This document shows, piece after piece, positions 1 through 16,179 of a stretch of DNA of 64,000 bases. The notes below the pieces were generated by a model. It was not told where the DNA came from, ran no database searches, and saw only the letters and a list, made by a program, of their open reading frames with translations. Source of the DNA: Neocallimastix sp. 'constans' (lineage: Eukaryota); contig JBODTK010000148.1 of the NCBI GenBank assembly GCA_050613775.1, forward strand, positions 186,001 through 250,000. Reading direction: 5' to 3'. The translations under genes and the position numbers were made by a program. Position 1 is the stretch's first letter, and every line of letters starts with the position of its first letter.

Positions 1-954
1 AAAATTAATAAAAATAAAAATTTGAAATGACTTCCCTATTTAACCATCGAAATTATTTTATAAAGAAATTTAAATGTAATTTTAAGTAGATATGTAAATA
101 ATTATTCACACTTTCTCTTTATAAGAATATTATTTATTAATACACAATTCAATCATTTTCTTTAAATTATATACAAACACTTTTTTTTTTTTATTTCGTT
201 TTTTCATTTCTTTCTTTTTTCTTTCTTTTTTTTTTAATCAACATTTAATTCTTTTTTATTTTATACATTTTTTTTTTTACTATTTTTTTTATTTTAAAAT
301 AATATAAAATAAAAAAAGACACTAAAAAATAATTTAGAACTTTTTCTTTTTGCTAATTAAATGTTGATAATTTTATTTAAAAAAAAAAAAAAAAAAAAGA
401 ACGAAAGAAAAAACTTTTTATATATATTTTTTTTATTTATTTAAATTATCGTTATTTATATAATTAAATTAAGATATGAATTATTTTAAATTAATAGAAC
501 ATTATAACATAAAAAAAAAAAAGCGCCCATGATTTCATCCCTTTTTGTAAATAACATTTCCTTCCATGCTTTTTTTTATAGTACATTTTACATTAAAATA
601 TTTGGTATAAATAGTAATTTCTATATATTTATTTTAAACCCTCGTTTATATATCATTTTTGTTTATGATTTTCGATTGTTTAAAATAATAAAAATAAAAA
701 AGTATATATATTTATATAAATAAAGGTCTTTCTCTTCTCTTTCATATATATATATAGATTTTAATTTAAAAAGAATCAAAAAATCTTTATCTTTTCTATA
801 AATAAAAAATACTATGACTTCATAGTATTTATTTAATTAAAATATTTCTTCTTTTATCTTTTTTTTTTTGATTATTTGATTACTTGATTATGACATCAAT
901 ATTTGATAATATTTATAATTTTTTTATATATTTCATGTATAACCAACATCATTA

Positions 955-1218
955 TTAACATTCAAAAATGTATGCTCCTGGTGTCATTTGCATACGCATA
1001 AGACGTAATTCACAGTAATCCTTATAATACAATCTTGAGAGTGGAACTGATTTTCTATCATATTCTTCTTCAGACATCATAGTGTAAGTATCTGGAGTTT
1101 CACAGAAACTGACTCTCTTTTCAGATATACTAGATACAGAAGAGGTTTCAGAGTTATCAGTATTATCAGATTCAACAGAGGTTTTTCTTCTTAAAATTGG
1201 ATGTGGGAAAGTTTGCAT
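955..1218 (-). CDS. Small (87 aa) protein with an RVxF-type PP1-binding module (Bni4/neurabin/Phactr C-terminus-like)
   Basis: Open frame from ATG at 1218 to TAA at 955, more GC-rich than its flanks. Sequence MQTFPHPILRRK...SEKRVSFCETPDTYTMMSEEEYDRKSVPLSRL has KRVSF followed by TY-x-x-SEEEYDR, the spacing seen in neurabin/spinophilin (RKIHF...TYSNEDYDRR). The ORF-track start at 1224 is a TTG. Confidence 0.7.
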   Translation of the reverse strand: MQTFPHPILRRKTSVESDNTDNSETSSVSSISEKRVSFCETPDTYTMMSEEEYDRKSVPLSRLYYKDYCELRLMRMQMTPGAYIFEC

Positions 1219-4200
1219 CTTCAAAAATATTTATAATAAGTGATATAAAATAATATTTATATAATAGTTTTTTTTTTGGTTTATTTATAATTTTTTTTTT
1301 ACTATTGAATTTCTAATAGTATTTTTTAGATTTTTTTTCAGTGTTTAAATTTTTTTTATTTGCTAAATATTTAATAATTTTTTTTTATTTATTTATCAAA
1401 ATATTTGCAGTTTTTTTTTTTTTATTTGGTTCTTTTTTTGTTCGTTTGTTTTTGGTTAAATTTCCCAAAATATATAATTATTATTATATATTATTTATAG
1501 AAAAATTACACCTTCAAAACTTTTTTTTTATAATAGTTGAAAATCAAATTTATTTCTTGATAATACAATTAATAAAATATTAATGATTAAAAAAATTTTT
1601 TTTAAAAGAAAAATTTTTCTCTTTTATACTAAAAAAAAAAATTTAAAGACAAATAAATCATTTTAATTTTTATATAAATAGAATATATAGGAATATATGA
1701 TTCATTATAGATTTGAATTATTTATTATATCAATTAAATTAAAAAAAAAAAAAAAAAAAAAAAACTTTAAATTTTATAATAATTAAGATTTAAACTATAA
1801 AAATAAAAAAAAAAAAAAAAAATTTATAATTTTATATTATTTTATTATATATAAAATAAAACGAAAATAAAAAAAAAAAAAAAAAAAATGAAAAAATTAA
1901 ATTCTATAATATATTATAATATATTATTGAATTCAATAAATGGGTCAAACTGAAAAAAAAAAGTTTTGGCAGAAAAAATTAAATTCAAAAAAGGATATAT
2001 AATAATAATATAATTACAGTATATTGTATAATATATTATATTTAAATAAGATGAAATTTTAGTGGATTAAAAATTTTAAATCTTAAAAATTATCAAAACA
2101 ATTAGAAGAAAAAAAATTTTTTATAAACTATAAAATAAAAATATTTCTTAAAAAATAATATATTTTATAATATATATACAATATAATTTAATATATTAGG
2201 TCATATTATTTCATAAGAATGCTGAACAACAAAAAAAAATTTTTTTAATAATAAAACTCAATATTATCTTTTGACAATACTATTTGTAATCTATTAAATT
2301 AAAATAGATAACTCTATTGTATAATATATTAAAATATAAATATAATATATTATGAATTTTATTGAAAAATTATAAAGTATACAGATTTGATATATGTACA
2401 TTTCTTTGTTTATAAAAAATAAAATTAACTATAAAATAAACTTTTCCTTTTTTTGAATTTCTAATAAATTTATGAAAATAATTTATCTTAAATATAGGAA
2501 TAATATAATAAGTTATCATATTACATTATAATCTAATCTATCTAATGAATTTTTAATGAATATTAATATAATATATTAGTAATTAATTTTAACACCATAA
2601 ATAATCAATTTGAACTCTAATTTATAATAAATTAATCAATAAATACTTTCTTAGAAAATAGTCAAAGTTTAATTAAAATTGTCAATTAAGTTTATAAAAA
2701 AATACATTAATTTAATATATTATTTAAATATATTATATAATATATGTAATATATTGAAAATTAAATTGAAATTTACAGTTTTTTCTTTTCATATTAAAAA
2801 TAAAAATTAAAACACATAAAAAACAATATGAGAGGAATATTACGAAAAAAAAAATAAAAATAAAATATTAATAAAAATATTAATAATAATAAAATATTAA
2901 TATAAAAATAATAATATTAATTTAATAAAACTAATAATAAAATATTAATAATAAAATTATTAATAAAACAAATAACAAAATAATAATAAAATATTAATAA
3001 TAAAATATTAAAATAATATTAATAATAAAATATTATATTAATAAAATATTAATATAATATTAATATTAATATGATAACAATAAAAATATTAATAAAATAT
3101 ATAATAAAATATATAATAAATTTTATAATAAAATATATAATAAATTTTATAATAAAAATATTAATAAAGTTTATAATAAAAATATTGATATAATATATAA
3201 TTATAATGAAATTAGTAATTATAATAATAAACTTAATAGTAATAAAATTAATAGTAATAAAACTAATAGTAATAATAATAAAATAATAAAATAAAATAAA
3301 TATATATATATATTGATAAAACTAATTAATTACTCAACACAAATAATAAATATTCATTATATATTAATATCTACATAATAAATGAATAATATATTATCAT
3401 AAACTCTAATGACTAGTAAAAAGAATAAAAATGATAAATAAAATGAAAATGAAAAAATAATAATAATATTAATAAAAATATTAAAAAGTTATATAAATTA
3501 TACACCATTAATATTTGTGAAAAAAAAAAAATTATAATTCATAATAAAGAAGGCATCTTGAAGGAGGATAAAGAAGCCTTATTAATAATTAAATAAACAT
3601 CTTTTAGAGTCATTATGATGATAATTATTTAATAAACAGTTTAAATTTTTTTTTAATTGTTCCTAAATCATCCTAAAATATTTTTTTAAAATATAGATAG
3701 ATAGATAGATAGTAAAAGGATTTTTAGTGAAAGGGTTTTTAATGTGAGTTATAAATTATCAAAACCTGATTTAATTATGAATTAATATTTTTTATTTATT
3801 AATTATACAACCCAAATCTTTAAAAGAGTGAAATATATTATAGTTAATCATTATTTTATATCAAATTAGATTTCTTTTTTTTTTTTTTAAAAAAAAAATG
3901 ATCATGGAGATACATTAATACATCCTTTTTTTTTTTAATTTTTTTTTATTAAATAATAATATATCAAATATAAAATATAAAATATAAAATTAATAAAATA
4001 TAAAATATAAGATGGAATGAGTGATAAACAGATAACTATGATTAAAAAATAGGGAATGATTTATAAAGATTAGTAATAATAAATTAATTAATTACTATTT
4101 GATCCTAATTAAATAGACAGAATTAATAATTGATAGCCTTCATAGAAAAAAAATTTTTTTTTTTTTTATTTTATTTAATTTTATTTTATTATGTATTTTT

Positions 4201-4902
4201 ATTATTTATTATTTATTTTATTATTTATTATTTATTTTATTATTAATTTTATAATGGAATCATCATCATCATCATCCTAAAAGATTGATCTCTGATTCCT
4301 TTCTTTCGTACTTTCCCGAAATATTAAAGTTATTTTTTTTTTTTATTATTTTTTATTATGTCATTGCCATTTCTATGAATTCTATGAAAAAAAAATTTTT
4401 TTCTTTTTTATTTCTACTTTTTTTTATTTGTTTATTTATTTGTAATATGACCTTCAATTTAACTTTTTTTTTAAAAAAAAAAAAAAAATTAACATAAAAA
4501 TTAACATAAAAATAATAATAAAAAAAAAGTTTAAAAAAAAAAAAAATAAAAAATTAATAATTAATATTTTATTATTTTACTATTTTATTATTATTACTTA
4601 AAAATCATTTATCATTCTTATTTAAAAGCTTTGTTTATTTGTTAGTTTTACTATTTATTTTTATTTAAAATTACTTTTATAATAATTATTTTATTTTATT
4701 TTATTTTTCTATTTTATTATTGATGGTTTTATAATATTTTAATTATTATTAGTGACTTTTTGACTATAAAAAAAATTTTTTTATAATTAATTCTTATTAA
4801 TTGTCTATTATTATAAATAAATATAAATAAATATATGTTTATTTTCATTTAGTTTTAAATTTAAAACATTTTATTTATTCATTTACTTATTTATTTACTT
4901 AC

Positions 4903-4937
<35 letters not shown>

Positions 4938-5522
4938 TTTTCAAACTTTAATTATTTTAATATGACCATAATAATACAAGATCATTTGAATTTTAATTTT
5001 TTTTTTTAAACTCATTAATGAAGGAATTTACTATTCATTTAAGTATTTATTAATTAATCAATTAATTAATTAATAAATTTATTAATTAACTATTATTATA
5101 ATTATTAACTTTTTTATTATATTTTTTTTATATTTTATTTTATATTATTTAATTTCATTATTATATTATTTAATTTCATTATTATATTATTTAATTTCAT
5201 TATTATATTATTTAATTTTATTTTTTTATATTATTTAATTTTATTTTTTTATATTATTTAATTTTATTTTTCTTAAGCATTTCATTTATTACATTACATT
5301 AAGTGAGTGACATTAAATTATATATCATCAATTCATCATTGCACATAAATCCAAATTTAAATTCCTTTTTTTAAAGTTTAATATAATACATTATATTGTA
5401 TTATATTATAATAATATTTTAAATTTTAAATTTAAAAATTTTATGGTTTTTTTGCATAAAAAAAAAATAATACATTAAAATATAATGTAATTTATGAAAG
5501 TAAAAAAAAATAATAAAAATAA

Positions 5523-5553
<31 letters not shown>

Positions 5554-6772
5554 TAAATAAAAAATAAAAAACAATTTTTATAATGAATTGGGTTTACTGT
5601 AAATTTGGTCAGCAGTTGGGTTTAACCAGGCTGAGAATTAATAGTCTACTGTGACATAAACTAAAAAGCCTAATAAAAATTAAAAAAATTTTTTTTTCCT
5701 CTTTTCTACTAAAAGATAAGGAAATGATGCATTTTTCAAGCTTTTCTTTGGGCCTAAATACGGATACCCCTTTTAATAAAGCCAGTCCATATACTGTCCC
5801 AACTGAGTTTTTTTTTTGCTTTAGCTTCAACATCAATCTCATAAATTTTAATTAAAAAAGTGTATTGTTTACTTGATATCTGTTTTTTTTATTTTTTTTA
5901 TTTTTTTATTTTTTTTTTATAAGTTGATTTTCCTTTACCATTTTTGGTGATTTCCTAATTCAACCTTTGTAACTTTTTATCATTTCAAAAAAAAAAAAAC
6001 GAATAAAATGAATATTAAATAATTAATTAAAAATTAATGAATTAATTAATTCAACAAAATTAAATTAAATTAATAAATTAAAGTTTTTCAAATAACATAT
6101 AATACAATATATTGTAATATATGAAAATAATTATTATACAATAAAATAAAATGTTTAAATGTACACAGAAAAAAAAATAAAATTTAAAAAATTTTATTAA
6201 TAAATACAGAAATGGTAAAATTAAAAAAAAAATTTTTTTTTTTATGTATAATATGTTAAATGGTTGGTTGGTTGTTTTTTTTGTTTATCCTTTTGGTATA
6301 TATTCAATATATATATCAATATATATATCAATATATTAAATATATACCAAAAATAAAAAAATAATAATAATAATAATTAATACTACTAATAAATAAAGAA
6401 TTGATCCATTGATAATTTTTTTTTTTTAAGGGAAAAGTTGGTTATAGAGTAGATGTATCATATAAATAAACCTTTTAAATAAATATAAAGAAAAGAGAAT
6501 ATCATAATTAATATAAGTAGGAAAAGCAACATAAAAAAGTAAATAAATGAAAAAATAAACTATATTTAATTCTTAATAATTAAGATTATTAAATAAAAAA
6601 TAAAAAAATAAAATAAAATAAAATAAAAAAAAATAATAAAAATAAAAAAAAAAAGTTAATAAATTTAGTATTATTTAAAGTGACCAATTTAATAGCAATA
6701 AAATAACAAATTAATTAGATTAGAAAAATAAACAATTAAAAGTTATAATAATCATTTATTAACTACTTGACC

Positions 6773-6803
<31 letters not shown>

Positions 6804-8260
6804 TATAATTTAAATTCTAATTAATCAATATCTAATATATAATAAAAAAAAACTTTTTTTTTTCTAAACAAAAGTTAGTTTAAACAAGGTTGACTTTTTT
6901 TTTTTTTTGAAAATAAAGATTTATATCATTTCAATAATTAGTATTATTTATTAATATAAATATTAAATATCGCTTATTATTTATTATTTATTATTAATAT
7001 TAGTTATTATTTAATATTATTTGATATTTGATATTTAATATTGATATTAATATACTATTATTATTTATTAATATTAAATATCGTTTAATAATATTATATA
7101 TTATTTAATTATTAAATAATAATTAGTATATATAGTTTATTAATAAAATTATCAATAAATCAATTATCATTTTTATTTTTATTGTTCTATTCAACCTTTT
7201 TCTTTTATATATAATATATAGATATAAATATATTATTTTTTTTTTTCTGTATTTTCTAATATTTTATAATAAAATTTGAATTATTTCATTATTATTTCCA
7301 TAAATATTAAAAAAAAATTAGTATTAAATATTAAATATAAATTTATTTTAAATTATCTTTAAAATTAAAAATTTTAATTATAATATATTCAAAATTTTTA
7401 TATTATATATATTTTAATATATTTTATATTAAATGAAAATTCGAAAAATAAAAATAAAAATAAAAATAAAAATAAAATATAAATTAAATAAAATATTAAT
7501 TAATTAAATTTATTTATTAATTAATAATTATTAACCAATAAATAAATTTTATTGTATATTATTTGATTATTTATAGAATATCAAGAAATAAAAAAAAAAA
7601 AAAAAAAAATAAAGAATTAAAAAAATTAAGAATTAAAGGTAAAGTTATGAATTTTGTGGTGTTTGTTGTTGAGTAAAACTCAAATTATTAATATTTAGAT
7701 ATATACCTGAAAGTGATTAAGGTATATATATAACTGTAAATCCTTTAATAATATATAAAAGAAATAAAAAAAAAAAAAAGGAAATGAAAAAATAATCATA
7801 TTCAAACCAAAATTGATAATATGAATCACTTTTATTCAAGTAATCATAGTTTATAGATATTAAATAAAAATAATATTAATTTAATTTTTTTTAATAAATA
7901 AATATATAAAAGAAATAATTAAAAATGATTGTTAAACAATGAACATGGTTTATTAATTATTGGAATTTCATTCATTTTTTTTTTTTTTTTTTATTATTTT
8001 CCATATTATTAAATCATAATTCAAGGTCATTTGATGATTTCCTCATTAATTTATTTTAATATTTAAATATTAAAATGAAATAAAATCATAGAGTTTTAAT
8101 TTTCTCATTAATATTATCTTTTGTTTTTTTGTATTTTATTAATATTTTATTATGATTTTTAGTGGTTATTTTTTAATTTTTTATTATTATTATTATTATT
8201 AATTAAATTAATTGATATCTTTTCAACATATGAAATTTATTCCTATAAATAAAAATTATA

Positions 8261-8300
<40 letters not shown>

Positions 8301-10546
8301 GGAATAAAAAGAATTATCGTTAAGGAAAATAAAAATAAAATTTCTTTTTTGTTCTTTCGTTTTTTTTTTTTTTTTTTTTTTTTTTTGAAATAAAGGATTA
8401 TATCCCTTAGGATAAATATAAAATGAGGAAATAAAAAAATATATAATAATCAATCAATAAATAAATATTGTTAATTACTATTTTTAAAATAATATCAATT
8501 TTTAATAAAATTTTTTATATATAATATTTGAATTTTTATGAACAAAAAAATTATATATATATAAATATATAAATATATACACTAAATATATATTTTTTTT
8601 ATTTAATAAAATAAATTTATTTAGTATCATAATTATAACAAAAAAAAAAAAAAAAAAATTTTTTTTTTCTGTATTTTTTTCTTATTTATGATATAAGAAT
8701 AAAATTATTTAGGATATGGTTACATTTAATATAACAAAGATAATAGTAGTATAACATAGGTTACATTTAATAAATGAACAAAGATAATCCTAATAAATCA
8801 AATATTAAAGACTAATAAGGATATAAATAAATATTATTTTATAAAATAAATCAAATCAATAAAACAATTAATTTACAGGAAAAAAAAAAAAAAAACATAA
8901 TTATTTAAATCCCATGATCTATTTTTCATATAGGTTGTATTATTTTGAACCTATATTTTATTTTTTTTTTTTTTAATTTCCGAAGTTTTTATTTTTTTTC
9001 CATAAAGGAATAATAATAATAATAATATTAATAAATAGCCACAAATAACGTATGATAAATAAAAATATTATAAAAATAATGTAAGAAGAATTAAAAGTAG
9101 GAAATATTTTTTTTTTTTTAGAAATAAAAGATTATAATTTGAAAAAAAAAATGAATACGGAATAATTCAAAAGAGAACATAATAAACCTATCCGTTTTTA
9201 TGATTATTATTATTATTATGATTTTAATTTAAGCTTCATTATTTACTATTGAATTAAAATTATTACATGGATAGGAATAAAAATTAAGTAAATTATAATA
9301 GAATTAAGATCAACATCTTCTCTCTATAAATAATAATAATTTCTATGAACTAAAAAAAAAATAATAATAAAAATAAAATTTTATTTTTGTAGATCATTTT
9401 TTTTTAAAAAGAAAAAAAAAATATTAATTATAAGATTTTATTGCTAATCATCAAAGTCAATATTATATTATTTATTAGATATATTTGTATTTGTAATTAT
9501 TATTAATTTCTTTTATGAAATATTAAATAGTATTAATTTTTACAATTTATTTATTTATTATTATTATCATTTTTACTTTTAATTTTATTATTATTTTTAA
9601 TTATTATTATCGGTATTATTTAAATATATAACAATTATAATTTATTATTATCCTTAATTTTGTATATATATATATATATATTTTTATCTTTATTTCCAAT
9701 AATTTTAATATTTTTTTTTTGTTTTTTTTGTTTGTTTATTTGTTGTTAAAAATTTATTTTCACTGTTGAATTTTTTTTATTTATTTTATTTTTTTTTTAA
9801 CCAATCAATCAATTGAAATTGAAATTGAAATTGAAAAAAAAAAAGTTAGACATAATTCCAAATTTTAAATTTTATTAAATTTATTAAATTTATTATGAAT
9901 TAAAGTTTTTACCATGAGAAAAAAAAATTAAAATTCAAAATTTAAAAAATTTTTTTTTTATTTTTTTTTATTTTTATTATAAATAAAATTTTAATAACAA
10001 AAAAAAAAAAAACATAAACAAAATATTAAAAAAAATTTAAAAATTAAAAAAAAAAGACAACAAAATGCAATCATTATCTACAGAATATTTTTTTTTAATT
10101 ATTAAACATTGCATAAAAAAAAAAAAAGGATTAATGATAAATCATAATCATCAAAAAGTGTAGTCATCATCATAATTATAACCATCATAAAGGGTAAACA
10201 TCTTCATAATTATAATCATCCCAATAAAGGGTAGTAATTGTATTAATAAATAAAATGTGATAATAATAAATTGTTTATAGTAAATAATTCATATTAAATA
10301 ATCATCATGAACTAATAAAAAGGTTAGATCTTTAATAAATGAAATAATAATTAAATTAAAAAAAATTAAACACAAAAAAAAATTTTTTTTAAAAAAAATG
10401 GTCAAATAATAATAATTTTAGGGTAATACAAATGAAAGTAAAAATAAAATAATAAATAATAAAAATAATTGAAATATTCCTAACCAAATCAAATGTTTAT
10501 AAAAAAAAAAAGAACCCTACTTCTAATTTTAAAAAAATACAGAAAA

Positions 10547-10577
<31 letters not shown>

Positions 10578-13021
10578 TTTGATTATTGTAATTGATTATA
10601 TAATAATTTGTGTAATGGATTAAAAAAATGAAATAAATAAATAAATAAATATTAATATATAAAACTGAAGCAACAAATAAATAAATAAATAAATAATAAT
10701 AATCATAATAATTAAAAAAAAAAAGACAAAAAATATCAAATACAGAAAAAAATTTTTTTTAAAAAAATTTATTTAATCTAAAAATAAATAAATGAATATA
10801 AATAAATGAATATAAATAAATGAATATAAATAAATCAATAAATAAAAAAGGAATTAAATAAATTATGTCTTTTGAATTCAATAGAATTTAAATTGAAAAA
10901 AAAAAAAAAAAAGACAATAGTTTATTTTTTTATAATTTATAATTTATAATTTATTAAATAAAAATATAATATTATCTTAATAATATGAATAAATAAATGT
11001 TTTAAACTAATGAAATAAATGTTAAATCTTCATCAATTAAATACAAAAAGAAATATATATATAAAAGGTTTTATTAAAATCTATAATTCGTAATAATCAA
11101 TCATAAATGAATAGAAATCATAAATGAATTCAATAATAATAAATAATATTACTATATTCAATAGTAACAATAATTAATATTCTATTCAATAGTAGTAATA
11201 AATAATATTATATTCAATAATAATAAATATTATATTCAATAATAATAAATATTCTATTCAATAATAATAATTAATAAATAATAAAGTAAATTAGTAGATA
11301 ATTCATGAAAAAATTAATTAATATATGTTTCAAAAAAAAAAAAAAATAAAAATAAACGATTCCTATTTAATATATAAATTTTGAATTTTGAACCAACAAA
11401 AATGTTATTATTAATATTTTTATATATAAAGTTTTCATAAACATTTTTTTATTTTTATTTTTTTACATCATTATTGTAATAGTTTATTTATTTATTATAT
11501 GTTAGCAATTATATTATGTAATCTATTGTTAACATATATTACATTACATTATGTTGAAATATTTTATAATTATCTTTTATGAAATGAAAAATTAAAAGTT
11601 TAAAATAATTATATATATAATAATTATATATTTTATTATATGTATTATATATATTATATTTATTATATTATATATCATTTTATTTTTATTTTTATTTTTT
11701 TTTTTTTTTTTGAATTAAAAGTGAACTTTTTTAGTATTACAATTTACACATTTATTTATATCTTGATCCTATCCATTTTTTTTAAATTTTCAAAATTTTA
11801 AATTAAATTTGAAAAATAAAATTTAATTATTACTTAAAAAGGAAATAATTAAAAAAAATTTTTTGACATAATCAATATAATATATATTATAGTATATTGT
11901 AATATATATAGATAATTTTTTTTAATGTATATTAAATTTAGAAAGTTTTAATACTACATAAATAATTCATGTACAATGAATCATTATTATAATAAATAAT
12001 AAATAAATGTACAATAAATCATTATTATTATAAATAAATTATTAATAATCATTATTAATAATTAATAATAATTAAATCAATCTTTTATAATAATTAAATC
12101 AATCATTAATAGTAATAATTAATTAATTAATCGATCATTAATAATAATTTATAATAATAATTAATAAATGTTTTAAGAGTTAAAAAAGTTTAATTCTTTT
12201 TCACCATACATAAATTACCAATTTTTTTAATTTAGAAAAAAAAAAAAGTATCATCAAATGAATGGATGGCATACAGTAAATAATAATGAAATAAAAAATT
12301 AGAATAATTGAGATTAGGTGTGGATAATCATTGTCATTTAATTCTATAATCATTGGTTATTATTATTATTATTATTATTTGAAGAAGAAGAAGAAGAAGA
12401 GGGATGGAGGGATTGGAGGGCAGGTCTCTTTTCATTATATATTTAAATGTATTTATATACAATTATCATTATTATCATTATTATTTTTATAATGGTTAAT
12501 GACTAATATTTAACTTTATTTTATTTATTATTTTAAATTATTTAATATTAAAAATTAGTTATAATCAATATATATCTTTTTATTTATTTATTTATTATTT
12601 AAACCTAATATTTAAAAAAGGTTTCTTTATGTATAAACAATTTTTCTTAAAAAATAAAATAAAATAAAATAAAATAATATGTATCATATTTTCTTTAAAT
12701 GATTTTAAAAAATCTTTTTAATTAAAAAAGATAATATTTTATTTATTTATAGGTGTGTATATGTACATATATAGAGTTAAATTCAACTGTTAATTATTAT
12801 GTATATGTTTATATACTTATATATAAAAATAGATTTATCGACTAAACCTTTATTATTATTATTATTATCATTAACTTTTTTTTTAAGAAAAATAGTAAAA
12901 AAAAAAAAAAAAAAAAAACTATAATTAAAGTAAAATAAAAACAACCCTTTTTAATAATAAGTTAAAAAATAATAAAAAAATATTGAATTTTCAAAAAGAA
13001 TTACTATTTCTAGTTATAAAA

Positions 13022-13064
<43 letters not shown>

Positions 13065-13495
13065 ATAATCGTTTTTTTTTTTTTAAATATTTATTTTTAA
13101 TTAGATATATAAATAATTATGGATTAAGTTAACATGTTGTCATGTCAAAAAATAAAAAAAAAATTATTTTTATTTTTATTTTTTGATGTGCTTTTAAAAT
13201 TATAAATAATAAACTTTTTTTTTTTTATTATCAATCATTTCATCATAGAGAAAATGGAATAAATAATCAATAACCATTTAAATACTACATAAATAAATAG
13301 TTAAAGATAAACGTTGAAGTGGATGGCATTTGAGTATGAAATATATAATTATTAGAAAAATTAGGTAATGAATTGACAATATTGTCAATACAAACTTTAT
13401 TTAGATAAGTTGAAAATTTAAATCAAATCAATCAACCAATAATGATATGTTTTACATACTTTTTATATAGATATAATAAAATAATAGATAAGAAT

Positions 13496-13541
<46 letters not shown>

Positions 13542-14232
13542 AAGATTAAGCATTAACTAATGTAATAGTAATTGTTTAACTTTTTTTTTTTTATTTTTTA
13601 TTTCCATTTATTTATTAATTATTGTTAAATATAACATAAATAATGCCATATAATGTAATGCAATATAATATAAAAGGTAAAAAAGGTATAAAATTGATGT
13701 TTAAAAAAAAAAAAAAAAGTTTAAAAATTTAATTTTTATATATAAGAAATATATATATATATTTATTAATAAATTTAACTCTCTATATATAATCCGTAAT
13801 CCATACTCTATAATGAATAATGAATAATTAAGAAAAAAAATTAACAAATAATAAATTAACAAGCAGTAAATACTAAATAATTGTATAGTTTAATATATAT
13901 AATAAAGTAAATCTTTAATCATCCTATATTGTTATATTTTTATATTGTTTTATGTCTTTTTTTTTTTTTAAAAAATGCAAAAAAAAACTTTAATCTAATT
14001 TCATTTCATATAAACAATTATAATATTAGATATAGATATAATATCCTATTGTAATATACAAATATTTTTTTTTTAAAGTTTTGTTGTTATGTTTTAACTA
14101 TGTAATTTTTTTTTTTTTTTTTAAAAAAAAAAATTTTATTTTGTAAATTAATAAAAAGTTGTCTTTTGAGAATACGATTTACCTTATTGGTAGTTTTTTT
14201 TTTTTTTTTAATTATTTTAATTAATAGTATAA

Positions 14233-14269
<37 letters not shown>

Positions 14270-15416
14270 TGTTTTAATAGTTAAAATTTTTTTTTTTTTA
14301 AAAAAAAGTTCTATTATGTAAAACAATTTGGGATGATATACATTTCAAAAAAAAAAAAAAAACTTTAAATAATAAATAATTATCTAAATCATCATCTGAT
14401 CTAGTTCAAAGTCTAATCCAGTCAAACCGTTCAATAACCAAATATGTATATTATTCCATTAAAGGAATGAAATAATAATAACAAAAAAAGGTTTTTTATA
14501 TTTAATATTTGATCATTTAAATTTAAAACAAAATAAAACAAAAAATTATGGTACTATTGAATACATCAGCATTATTATTAAAAAAAAATTATGATATTCT
14601 TTAATATATTAATATTATTATTATTAATTATTAATTTATTTATTATTTTTTTTTTAAACTATATATATAATAAAATTATAAAATAAATTATAAAATTTAT
14701 CATTAAAAAAAAAATTTTTTTTTTATAGAAATCAATGATTAATAATGATTACCATTGTCATTCATTATTATTATTATTATTATTATTATTAATTCTTTTT
14801 TAAAGAAAAAATAGAAAAAAATTTTTTTTTTCTTATCTCTTTTTTATAATTTTAATAGATAATGAATTTTTTTATATATATAATAAATTTTAAATTAGAA
14901 TTATAGATACATTTCTTTTTAACTTTATTACTTAACATTTAATATATGTATATTTTTATTTAATATTTTATTTTAAAATATTCTTTAATACCAATGATGA
15001 ATTATATATCGTTTTACTGTTATTATTATTATTTTAGAATAAAAGTCAAAGGTTTCCTTAAATAATAATAATAATAAATAAAAAGAGATTAAAAAACAAA
15101 AAAAAAAAAAAAAGAGGAAAACAATGGGATTAAAATTATTATGATCTAGGATTCCTTTTTTTTTATTCTAATAAATACATTTTTTTTAATTATTTTTTAA
15201 TTATTTTATTTTTTTTTAAAATATTTTTTTTAAAAAATATAGAAATAACATATATATATACATATTTTTTTTTATTTTATTTTGTTATCATTATTTTTTT
15301 TTTTTCATTGATGTAAATAGGAAAAGACTCATAACACATGATTTATTATTATTATTAATATTACTATTTAATAAGAAAAAAAATTAAGAGAAATATCATC
15401 AATAATCAGTAATGAT

Positions 15417-15462
<46 letters not shown>

Positions 15463-15956
15463 TTTATTTTATTTTATTATTACATTTAATTCAATAAAAA
15501 AAAAATTTTTTAAAAAATTAAAAATTAAAAAAATTAAAATTAAAATTTTTAAAGTTAGGGGTATGACTTTTTTTTTTTTTTAAAAAAAAAAAAAATAAAA
15601 ATAAAAAAGAGAAAAAAAGAAAAAAAGAAAATTAAAAATTAAATAAAATTAAAAAAAAATGTTCATTCATAATATTAATTAATGGTAGGTCAAGAGAGTA
15701 ACAATATATTCATCTCTTTTTTTTTTTTTTTTTTTTAATCATTATAAAATTTATAAATAAGATTTTTTTTTTCTTTCAATTCTATTAAATATATATATTA
15801 TCATCTTACCACTTTGAAAAATCAATAATAAAGAATAATATAAATAATAATAATAATAATAATAATAAAAATAATGCTTACAAATTAAGTTTTAAAGGAT
15901 TAGAATTAATCAAAAAAATTATAAAATAAACATTGAATTAAAAAAATACATTTTAA

Positions 15957-15990
<34 letters not shown>

Positions 15991-16145
15991 TAATGTATAA
16001 TGCATAATCTATTATATTAATAGATACTTAATCATAATTATACATTTTATTACATTTTAACATAAATTGAAAAAAAAAATTCATATATTTAATTACATTT
16101 ACATTATTTAATTATTCATTAAAATCATTTATTATATTTTTATTA

Positions 16146-16179
<34 letters not shown>

